This document shows positions 28,377 through 38,676 of a stretch of 64,000 nt of DNA, piece after piece. The stretch is from Octopus bimaculoides. Taxonomy: Eukaryota. The translations under genes were made by a program, and so were the position numbers. Location: assembly GCF_001194135.2 (NCBI RefSeq), contig NC_068981.1, positions 57,337,121 to 57,401,120 on the forward strand, read 5' to 3'. Under the pieces are notes generated by a model. It searched no databases, had not been told where the DNA came from, and saw only the letters and a program-made list of their open reading frames with translations. How positions within the stretch are numbered: the first letter of the stretch is position 1; the number at the start of each line of letters is the position of its first letter.

Positions 28377-29138
28377 AAAAAAAAAAAGGAAAATTTCGAT
28401 AAAAAACACTTGGAAGGAAAAGAATGAATTTTCCAATCATTTTTGTCCAATATTTCGAGTAACATCGGACTAATGAGCCACAAAATATCTTGCAGTCCTT
28501 TAATTCTGAGTTGGAATCCCACTGAAGTCCACATCGTCTTTCATCATACTGGGGGAATTGATGAAATAAGTGTTATATACTTCATATACTTTTTTTGAAA
28601 ATCATTAATGATCGGCAAAAATCGATAATAATGGTACTAATCGTAAATTTGTTTAACTGTTTTATTTTATTTCATTCTCAAATTATTATTCCCCCCCCCT
28701 CCTTCTCTTCTCTCTTACACAGTTATACATACGTACACATAAACATACAAACACAAGCACTTACATGTGGGTACGTGCATGGAACATTCATAGATGCTGA
28801 TAATAAGTGCTTTTTACCTTTTACTCTCACTCGCTGCAACTTGTTTCATTTACAAACAACCTTCGAAAGATAAACGTTATTTCGAAAGTAACAAAAAAAT
28901 TTCTTTTACTTTTCTTTTTTTTTCTCTCCTTTGACCGTTGATTTATTCTTCGTCAGCGATGATAGATGAGTTTATATATGTAGATACTTTACGATATTTT
29001 TCAATTTGTTTGGAGTTAATGTTTTTTTTTGTTTTTTTTTTCTGATTCATTAAATTTACCGATAACTGTTATTAACGTTGAACTGGTTTGTGTGTGCGTG
29101 TGTGTGTTTCACCAATCAACTTGTAATGTTTCAGATTT

Positions 29139-29341
29139 GGTACTACTAAAGAAGAGTGGTCCCCAACGCGCACCCAAATAAAAATAACACACTACCTGTT
29201 TTTGTTAATTTCATACATTTTCAAATTCAACTTTCAAGAACGCTATCCAAATCGCACGTGGTTGTCAAGGTCTAGAATGTATTCATTTGCATACGCGCAC
29301 TCGCGACTGCGCGTTGGGGACCATTCTTTTTTAGTAGTACC
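29139..29341. mobile_element. MITE, 34-bp TIRs, 8-bp TSD (Merlin-like)
   Basis: TIR GGTACTACTAAA(G/A)AAGA(G/A)TGGTCCCCAACGCGCA at 29139-29172 / 29308-29341; TSD TCAGATTT. Confidence 0.88.
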
Positions 29342-29512
29342 TCAGATTTTTTTTTATTTGTGAAAGGTACGACGAAGGAAGGAGTGAGAATTAAGAAATT
29401 CTTGTAAAAGAAAAGAAAAAAAAAAAGTGAATTACAAATGTTTCAGAATGTGGAATACAATAAAATGATGACAAACAGCGAAAAAAAAAAAATAATAATA
29501 ATGATAATTACA

Positions 29513-30093
29513 NNNNNNNNNNNNNNNNNNNNNNNNNNNNNNNNNNNNNNNNNNNNNNNNNNNNNNNNNNNNNNNNNNNNNNNNNNNNNNNNNNNNNNNN
29601 NNNNNNNNNNNNNNNNNNNNNNNNNNNNNNNNNNNNNNNNNNNNNNNNNNNNNNNNNNNNNNNNNNNNNNNNNNNNNNNNNNNNNNNNNNNNNNNNNNNN
29701 NNNNNNNNNNNNNNNNNNNNNNNNNNNNNNNNNNNNNNNNNNNNNNNNNNNNNNNNNNNNNNNNNNNNNNNNNNNNNNNNNNNNNNNNNNNNNNNNNNNN
29801 NNNNNNNNNNNNNNNNNNNNNNNNNNNNNNNNNNNNNNNNNNNNNNNNNNNNNNNNNNNNNNNNNNNNNNNNNNNNNNNNNNNNNNNNNNNNNNNNNNNN
29901 NNNNNNNNNNNNNNNNNNNNNNNNNNNNNNNNNNNNNNNNNNNNNNNNNNNNNNNNNNNNNNNNNNNNNNNNNNNNNNNNNNNNNNNNNNNNNNNNNNNN
30001 NNNNNNNNNNNNNNNNNNNNNNNNNNNNNNNNNNNNNNNNNNNNNNNNNNNNNNNNNNNNNNNNNNNNNNNNNNNNNNNNNNNNNNNNNNNNN
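29513..30093. other. Assembly gap (N); others at 31712-32144, 61482-61709, 62975-62984
   Basis: Runs of N. Confidence 1.
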
Positions 30094-30470
30094 GTAAGTA
30101 GCTTGCTTACCAACCACATGGTTCTGGATTCAGTCCCACTGCGTGGCACCTTGGGCAAGTGTCTTCTACTATAGCCTCGGACCGACCAAAGCTTTGTGAG
30201 TGGATTTGGTAGACGGAAACTGAAAGAAGCCTGTCGTATATATATATGTGTGTGTATATGTTTGTGTGTCTGTGTTTGTCCCCCCAACTTCGCTTGACAA
30301 CTGATGTTGGTGTGTTTACGTCCCCGTAACTTAGCGGTTCGGCAAAAGAGACCGATAGAATAAGTACTAGGCTTATAAAGAATAAGTCCCGGGGTCGATT
30401 AGCTCGACTAAAAGGCGGTGCTCCAGCATGGCCGCAGTCAAATGACTGAAACAAGTAAAAAGAGTAAAGA
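30094..30470 (+). mobile_element. tRNA-derived CORE-like SINE; same family at about 23767-24135(+), 32783-33090(-), 36120-36290(-), 37520-37870(+), 51690-51880(-), 54470-54620(-)
   Basis: TTCAGTCCCACTGCGTGGCACCTTGGGCAAGTGTC core and GCATGGCCGCAGTCAAATGACTGAAACAAGTAAAAGA tail shared among copies. Confidence 0.8.
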
Positions 30471-30659
30471 GTTGCGATTGAGCAGACGATAAATAATTGC
30501 AGTAAAGCGCATGCGTTAAGTGAGGGAATTTTAAAAAATAAAATATAAACAAACTCCACTGTTCACTGTCCAACTACCAACAAGGTTCAGTCCGAGTTAT
30601 TTACTGATAGAGAATTTTTCATTTCAACCCATCTATCTATTAATATATCTCTCTATTTG

Positions 30660-31008
30660 TTAAGGAGGGTAGAAATTGATATTAATCAATTAAAACCAGT
30701 GGTCTAGCATATTAAAAAAATCCGAAGATTAAAATTATATTACATATAAAAATGAGAGGAATGACCAACAAAAGTGGACTCCTATATGCTAGAAATAGAT
30801 GCCGAATCATCTAACCACGAAAAAAATATATGTTCTCAGTAAAAATTTAGCGACACAACAGACTGTAAAGGGCAAAACAAATACAGTCTGTTGTGTCGCT
30901 AAATTTTTACTGAGAACATATATTTTTTTCGTGGTTAGATGATTCGGCATCTATTTCTAGCATATAGGAGTCCACTTTTGCTGGTCATTCCTCTTATTTT
31001 TATATGTA
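30660..31008. mobile_element. Fold-back insertion with 131-bp arms and 15-bp TSD
   Basis: Arms 30737-30867 / 30882-31012 (2 mismatches seen), 14-nt loop; direct repeat ATATCTCTCTATTTG at 30645-30659 and 31009-31023. Confidence 0.8.
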
Positions 31009-31625
31009 ATATCTCTCTATTTGCATAGCTTTTTCTATATCGGTACGTCACCTACCTACCTATCTGCCTGCCCACCTATCTGGCTGTCTATGTAACTATA
31101 TCTACTTTCCTTTCTGCCGATGCGTGTATCTGTTTTCTTTCATAACACTGATAAACATTTAAACCTACAGAAAAAAAAAAATTAAATAACCGCATTGCTC
31201 CAGCATGGCCACAGGTTTTGGTCTGGAACACGTAAAAGATAAAAGTATAACTTCCACAGCTATTGGCTAAGTTTAATTCACTTTAATTTAACCACCGATT
31301 GATATACTTTTTAAAGCGTAGATTTATAGATCTTACTGGCATTGTTTCATCGTGATGTATTTTTAACAGATAAATGTAGAATAATAGGATCCTTTTTAAA
31401 ACGGGGGCCACATTTTTCATTAACGAAACACTTTGAAACTTGGAACACTGGTAGAATGTGTCATATAAAACATCTTTTTCTCTTAGTCTTCTTTAAAAAA
31501 AAAGAAATCCATAAATTATTCCATGTTAAAGTTGTCGTATTTCTGTAATTTCAACCAATCACTGACGTCCATTCAGCCGATATACATTAAGTGCCGACTA
31601 CATAAACAAACGATTCTGAAACAAT

Positions 31626-31669
31626 TAACCCTAACCCTAACCCTAGGGTTAGGGTTAGGGTTAGGGTTA
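31626..31669. repeat. Palindromic telomere-type hexamer cluster (TAACCC)3-TA-(GGGTTA)4
   Basis: Read directly from the sequence. Confidence 0.9.
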
Positions 31670-32267
31670 AAGCAAATTTAAAATGAAAAAAGCAAATAAA
31701 ACGAAGGTATGNNNNNNNNNNNNNNNNNNNNNNNNNNNNNNNNNNNNNNNNNNNNNNNNNNNNNNNNNNNNNNNNNNNNNNNNNNNNNNNNNNNNNNNNN
31801 NNNNNNNNNNNNNNNNNNNNNNNNNNNNNNNNNNNNNNNNNNNNNNNNNNNNNNNNNNNNNNNNNNNNNNNNNNNNNNNNNNNNNNNNNNNNNNNNNNNN
31901 NNNNNNNNNNNNNNNNNNNNNNNNNNNNNNNNNNNNNNNNNNNNNNNNNNNNNNNNNNNNNNNNNNNNNNNNNNNNNNNNNNNNNNNNNNNNNNNNNNNN
32001 NNNNNNNNNNNNNNNNNNNNNNNNNNNNNNNNNNNNNNNNNNNNNNNNNNNNNNNNNNNNNNNNNNNNNNNNNNNNNNNNNNNNNNNNNNNNNNNNNNNN
32101 NNNNNNNNNNNNNNNNNNNNNNNNNNNNNNNNNNNNNNNNNNNNTCATTCTTTATTTTGTTCTTTCTTTTTTCCCTATCCTTTCTCTCCCTCCCTCCCCC
32201 CTCTCTCTTTATGTATTTATATATATATATATATATAAGCAAGCTAGGAGAGTCGATTTACACAGAA

Positions 32268-32635
32268 TATTAGATACATTTAATAGAAAAAAATATATAC
32301 ATGTGTATGGATATAAAATAGTCCGACTTACAGAATATAAATATCATGAGTTAAATAGCTAGAGTTTTACGAGTCCAACAGCTGTTTCTGGAGACTTGGT
32401 AGTCCGGAATAATGATAGTTACTTGGATCCAGTATCGGATAACACTGCTTCCGTCTTCAGGGAAGAATTTTACATTTGAGGTGTGGACAGATATGGAGTT
32501 TAAACTCCCAAAAAAACAGCTGTTGGACTCATAAAATTCTACTCATTTAACTCCTGATATCATTTATATTCTGTTAGTTAGACTATCTTACATCCATACT
32601 CATGTACATCTTTTTCTATTAAATGTATTTAAGTA
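32268..32635. mobile_element. Fold-back element with about 120-bp diverged inverted arms
   Basis: 32268-32387 is the inverse of about 32514-32635; no clear TSD. Confidence 0.7.
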
Positions 32636-33102
32636 AGAAGGCAAACAAACCACAAACCCCTTCAGGTAGATGGCCCTGCTTGATCTGTAGAAAAGGCGTA
32701 GGTAGAAACTCCATAAGATGTACCCAGTGAAATTGACCATAGGACTTATTCTTTGTAAGCCTAATAATTCTATTCTCTTTCGTCAAAATGCTAAGTTATG
32801 GGGACATAAACACACCAACATCAGTTGTCAAACAAAAGTGGCATGATACAAAGATACACTCACATAAATACATATATATATATGACCTTTGAATAGTCAG
32901 GCGACACACCGTACTTGAGGAGACCTATTGAGTCAAGTAAAATCAGTTTCTCTCTACCAAATCCATTCACAAAGTTTTGGTCAGCCTAAGGCTATAGTAG
33001 AAGACAGCTGCCCAAGGTGTCATGCAGTGGGACTGATTCTGGAACCATGTGGTTGGGAAGCAAGCTTCTTACCACACAGCCATACCTGTGATATATATAT
33101 AC

Positions 33103-33196
<94 letters not shown>

Positions 33197-33365
33197 TAGT
33201 GGCATGTAAAAAGCACCCACTACACTCTCGGAGTGGTTGGCATTAAGAAGGGCATCCAGGTGTAGAAACATTGCCAGATCAGATTGGAGCCTGGTGCAGC
33301 CTCCTGGCTTGCCAGTCCCCAATCAAACTTTCCAACCCATGCTAGCATGGAAAACGGACGTTAAA

Positions 33366-33546
33366 CGAAAGGGGTGCTGAAAAGTTCCTGGCTTTAGGTA
33401 AAAGAAATACAGGAGAATCCTCCCAGATTCACACACATATTGGAACAGACCTTCAGTTTTTTAAAGCCCTGTAAAAGAACTTGAAGGGTTGGGCCTCCAA
33501 CTTTTCATAATACCATTAAAGCTAGGAACTTTTCAGCACTCTCACT
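33366..33546. mobile_element. Mariner-type MITE (related end at about 34622-34800)
   Basis: TIR GGGGTGCTGAAAAGTTCCTGGCTTT / AAAGCTAGGAACTTTTCAGCACTC. Confidence 0.75.
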
Positions 33547-34299
33547 CTGTGTGTGTGTGTGTATGTATGTGTATGTGTATATATATATATATATGATCTC
33601 TGTAACATAATCCATGTTCCCATGATGATCTGTTGTGGGTCATTGCACTTGGATCATCCAATGCAGCAGTTGCAAAGTAGTGAAGCAGACATAGAGAACA
33701 AGTTATATAAACTTATGTTTATCATAATTTCTCCTACATCTCTCACCACATTACATTGACCAAAGTACTGCTCTCAAGAGCAATACATTACATTGACAAC
33801 ACATGTATTGCTATGGGGAGCAATTCATTGGTCAAACTAAAAACAGTTTACACCAGAGGATGACTGTACATAGATCCCAGATTAAAATACAGAAAAATAG
33901 CATTAGGTGGACACATCAATGTTTGCGCTACTAACAAACAACCCAACTTTAGGATTTTCCCCCTCTATAAATTTAGGGACAATGCAACCTATAATCAGCG
34001 CGTTAACAAAGAATCATATTTTGTTGCAAAATATAAACCTCTATTGAATGCTTCCACCACAGATGACACTACTACAAGGATCTTAGAATAATACCCGTGC
34101 AAATATTAAAAATGATAGATATATTCAGAACATGAATTTATTTGGAACAATTCCAACCACTACTGCTACAACCACAACAGGTCACTTTTAGGTCACAAAC
34201 AATCTACTACTGGGTCATACCACTCCTATCTTTTCTTTTTTCTTCTCCTTCTTCTCCATCTCTTTCCCTGGCAGCTGCTTCTGCTTAAACCATCAAACT

Positions 34300-34589
34300 T
34301 CAGAATCAACATTTTTCTGCACTCATAAAAACTATTTCTTCAGATCTATTACTACCTTCAGAGCCTTCACAAAGGAAAACAGAGAGGCATAAAAAAGGAA
34401 AATGTCCTACCTATTTGAAGACTATGAAAATATTTACAAAACATTTCATTTAAATTTTTTCTTCAATTTAATTGTTTTCCATGTTTTACTCTTAGTTGAA
34501 AAAGTCGAAAAGACTGAAACTGGTACTAACTTTTAAAAATGTACTGCATGACAAAATTATTTTAGCATTTTCTACCTTGTCTTATTTTC

Positions 34590-34592
<3 letters not shown>
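34300..34592 (-). mobile_element. Fragment of the same Penelope-like family as 53163
   Basis: The reverse complement aligns by eye to about 53163-53410. Confidence 0.7.
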
Positions 34593-34625
<33 letters not shown>

Positions 34626-36569
34626 AGAAGGTACTGAAAAGTTCCTGGCTTTAAGGATATTGCAAAAGGCCTGATAGGAGGTCCAAAATCATTTAAAGAG
34701 CTTAGAATAATTGAAGGACCACTGCAATAAGTGCTTGAATCTGAGAGCAGAGTATATTGAATAAAATCATAATTACTGTAAAAACCTATGTAATTTGCAC
34801 ACCTGTGTAATTTACACAGGTGATTTACAGGATAAAAATTGTTAAAAAAAAGCTTATACTCAAGTAAAATTCGCACCTAAAAGTTTTTAGAATTGCCAAT
34901 ATGGTCAGGAGAAAAAGGTTTTCAATTTAGTTGTATTTAGTATAATTTCACGAACTTATGATTAGATTTTATTAAATTTTCATTAAATAAAAATAATTTC
35001 TGTTTAACAGGTATCACATTAAAAGCTATCAAATTACAAAGTGTCTGTGTTGTCTATATAAATAAAATCGGCTTTGCCGGACTGACATTTGTCAGTCCAT
35101 TTTACTCACTCAGCACACCCTCTTTCTCCACCCTTATGAGACTGACAATGTCAGTCTGCTTTAGTCATTCGGTATACCCTCCTCCTCCTCCTCCTTTGAC
35201 ATTACCGTCTGAATAATAAAAATAGATGAAAAATATGATGTTGATTGTGTGTGTGTGTGTGTCTCCATGTAACCAGAACATGGTCTTACAAGCCATGAGC
35301 ATATAAGTCATGTACTGGCTAAGTGACTTGCCTTCAACCCTGGCAGGTACATGATGTTGATAAGCCGCAAAAATAGCAAAACACCCAGTGTCCATCACTC
35401 CCAAATGGGATTGAAGCTGAGTTACCTTGCCTGTCCATGACTCTAAAGTGTTTTAACACTCACTTTGAGAGTGTATATACTCCACCACACTATTGCAGCC
35501 ACCAGAAAATACACAAAGCATATAGGTTAAGTATATATGGTTAATAATATATATATGTTAAATTTTTATTAAAAATGAAACAGAGAGTTCATCAAGACTT
35601 GAGTTTCACACCAGTGCAATCATTAGATTTAGCCTGATAATTGCAGACATGAAACTAAAGTCACAAGACAAACTCACAGCTTTAGGTGGCTTTTAAAAAA
35701 AATGTATCTGTGAGTGAGTATGAGTGTATGTATGTTTGTGTCTTGACATTGCATGATTGTTTTAAATAAAAGTTATTCATTTCCATTCTGCAAAAGTATG
35801 TCTGACCATAGAGAAATATTACCTGGCTTCGAAACAGATAAAAGGCTGGTGACAAGAAGGGTACCATACTATAGAAAATCTGTTTCAATATACTGTTTGG
35901 CCCATGCAAGCATGAAAAAGTATATATTAAAATGATGATGATGATGAAGAAAATTGGATTAGCTTCTTTCTTTCATTATTATTTTTTTGGCGGGAAGAAG
36001 GCTTTACATAAATCAGTCCAAAGTGAATGGTCCTCTCAATGGTGGGAGGAAATTATCATCAAGCCTAGAGGCCTGTCCAAATGTATTTAGCGAAAGCTCT
36101 GCTAATGACACACAATAGCCAAGTAGTGGTGTTAAAACAGGTGACATATTCATCCAGTTTTCATCTACCAAATTCCCCTGAAAAAGATTTGGTCAACCCA
36201 AGGGTCTGGTAGTAAAAAATCATAAGCAAAGTACTGTGCAGTGGTACTGAACTTCAAAACATGGTTGTGAAGCAAATACCACACAGCTGTACTTACAACC
36301 ATTTTTAGGTACTGTAACTGACATATTTCAAGAGGGTAATGGACTGGCAATGTTGGCAGTGATGAGCAAAAGGTATCATGGGTAATTTAGTTACATCTAT
36401 TTTTACATTACAAGTTCAAATCCTGTCAAAACTGGAAGTTTCAAAAAAGTCGACTGATGCTTCTTGTGATAGGAAATGTTGCTGACAATATTAGATTATA
36501 GTCCCTACTGATGTACCACTCCTCATATTCAATTACCTACAAGGACTATGTTAAGTTTACTCTGCTTGT

Positions 36570-37350
36570 GATTTTGGCATTCAAATAAGAAGAATGATTT
36601 CAAGATTTATCAAAGACTAGTTCACAAACTTTTAGGATCTGCTGTAGAAATGTACTGTGATCTAAATAGTATATTCAACAAAATATTGTTTCTTTTAGAC
36701 AATGCACCTTGTGAATTTCAATTATTTTTCTGATCATGAGTGTGGAATTATATCCCTAAGAACAATATTTCTTTGTTCTCACAAATAGATCATAGGGCAT
36801 TAGCTAAATTCAAAGCCTATATCTGAGAAGGCTTTTGGAACAATTCATAAAAGCAATTGATAGAGAAGATAAACTGAGAGACAGTGACTTCTGGAAAAAG
36901 TTCAACATTATGGATGCAATAGCCTTTTCATGAGATGAAGTAAAAACTCTCAGCTATGAAAGGTACTTAGCAAAACATACAGCCAGACTGTTTCCAAGTC
37001 TTTATAGATTTTCCAGCAAAAGAATGTTTACATCAAGGTAAGCAAGACACTGTGAACACTGGCAAATGATATAAGATTTGAAAAAGTCGTAGATAACATG
37101 GTTGTGTTGTAGCATCCCAAAGAGAAAGTTTATTTAAGAGAACAAGAGAAAGCTGTAGTGCAAGAAGAGAATATCAAATATACTGACTCCACCTCAGTAA
37201 ACTGCAAAGAGTTTGAGTTAATAGCTGGTACTTATAGAGAAAGCTGTATAAGTCTTTGTTGTTAATGATCCTAATCACAAAAGTAAAATAAAATGTAGAA
37301 GAGGAGTTCATTATGATCTCAGTTCTCATACTGAGCTATACAGAGAGATG
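36570..37350 (+). mobile_element. Tigger/pogo transposase remnant
   Basis: ILFLLDNAP, FKAY..RRLLEQFIKAID, DFWKKFNIMDAI; boundaries approximate. Confidence 0.75.
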
Positions 37351-38215
37351 GTGTACATCTCTTTGTGTTTCATCAAAATGCTTAATGTCCTCTAAACTAA
37401 TATGCTGTAGACAGATTTGTTGGGAAGGTACAGGTCACCAATGTAAGCAGTACAAAAACACTGTTTGTCTAACAAATAGTTGTTTGTTATGAGCTACACA
37501 GCAACGAAAAGAACATCAAAACTACCTGTTATTTTTGATAACATGGTTCTGGGTTCAGTCCCACTGCATGGTGCTTTGGGAAAATGTCTTCTACTACAAC
37601 CTCGGAACAACGAAAACCTTATAAGCAGATTTGGTAGATGGAAACTGAAAGAAGCTTATCATATATGTGTGTGTGTTTTTGTGTCCCCCACCACTGCTTG
37701 ACAACCAGTGTTGGTGTGTTTACATCCCCATAACTTAGAGTTAAGCAAAGGAGACCGACAGAATAAGCACCACTGGGGTCGATTCACTCAACTAAAACAA
37801 ACTGTTCAAGGGGGTGCCTCAGCATAACCGCAGTCTAATGACTGAAACAAGTATAACATAAAGATAAAAGATGGATGTGATTTTAATTTTAAGATCTTAG
37901 GATATATTCATAGCAAAGATATAATGTTTATGACATGAAACACCAGATGAATACTTCACTCAGTCAGATACCACCAAAATATAGGTGTTGGCTTAGGGCA
38001 GCTCATACAATAGTAATATGTGAAGAACCAATAACCTATACAGTGTGGAAGATATGTTTCTCAGTGCAATCTAACTCTTGGTAATGGTGGTGGATAAGTA
38101 AAATAATGACAAGGAATAGTGCTAGAACAACAGTTTAAGTAAAGTGTATTTCAATATAGAAATAGATAACAACTAGATATTCTTAAAACGAAAGTTTATT
38201 TCATCTAAAATTATT

Positions 38216-38551
38216 CTACATTATTTACCGTTTTTTACATTATTTATATTTGACAGATATTTGTCCTCATCTTGCTCCACAGGCATATGGCATAGTGGTT
38301 AAGAGCGTGGGCTACTAACCCTAAGATTTTGAGTTTGATTCTAGGCAGTGACCTAAACAATAATAATAATAATAATAATAATATCAAAAACCTTAGGAAT
38401 GAGAACCAGGTTCAAAATTTTCCCAAGACACCTGATGAAGACTGGAGGGTATATCAGTAGAAACGTTGTGTTAACAAGAAACAAGATGAGGACAAATATC
38501 CATCAAATATAAATAATGTACATAATTCCTCATCTCTTAAATATAGAACTG
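38216..38551 (+). mobile_element. tRNA-headed SINE-like element with hammerhead and inverted tail copy
   Basis: A-box TGGCATAGTGG (38288-38298), B-box-like GAGTTTGATTC (38331-38341), (AAT)n linker and hammerhead; 38236-38274 is the inverse of 38482-38520; 10-bp TSD TAAAATTATT (38206-38215 / 38552-38561). Confidence 0.75.
38427..38472 (+). ncRNA. Minimal type I hammerhead motif (helix III reduced to palindromic AACGTT)
   Basis: GACAC/GTGTT stem I; CTGATGA at 38432-38438; ACTG/CAGT stem II; GAAAC at 38460-38464; GTT triplet. Confidence 0.65.
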
Positions 38552-38656
38552 TAAAATTATTGTCTCAAAACGAAAATTTATTATATTCAAATAAAGTGAA
38601 AGAAAAACATTGAAAATGGATATTTTCAGTTATTCTTCAAAATTTCTTCCTCAGTT

Positions 38657-38676
38657 TTTATGTAGCCAAAAGTTCC
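38657..38676 (-). CDS. IRF: IRF terminal coding segment (EELLAT*)
   Basis: TTGTTTTACAG acceptor in phase 1; TAA at 38659-38657. Confidence 0.65.

Noticed and set aside
31626-31669. Chromosome end-to-end fusion scar
   Set aside because: The orientation is CCCTAA then TTAGGG, opposite to a fusion, and there are only 7 units.
29438-32362. Long ORFs containing X runs (also 61342-61804)
   Set aside because: They span assembly gaps.
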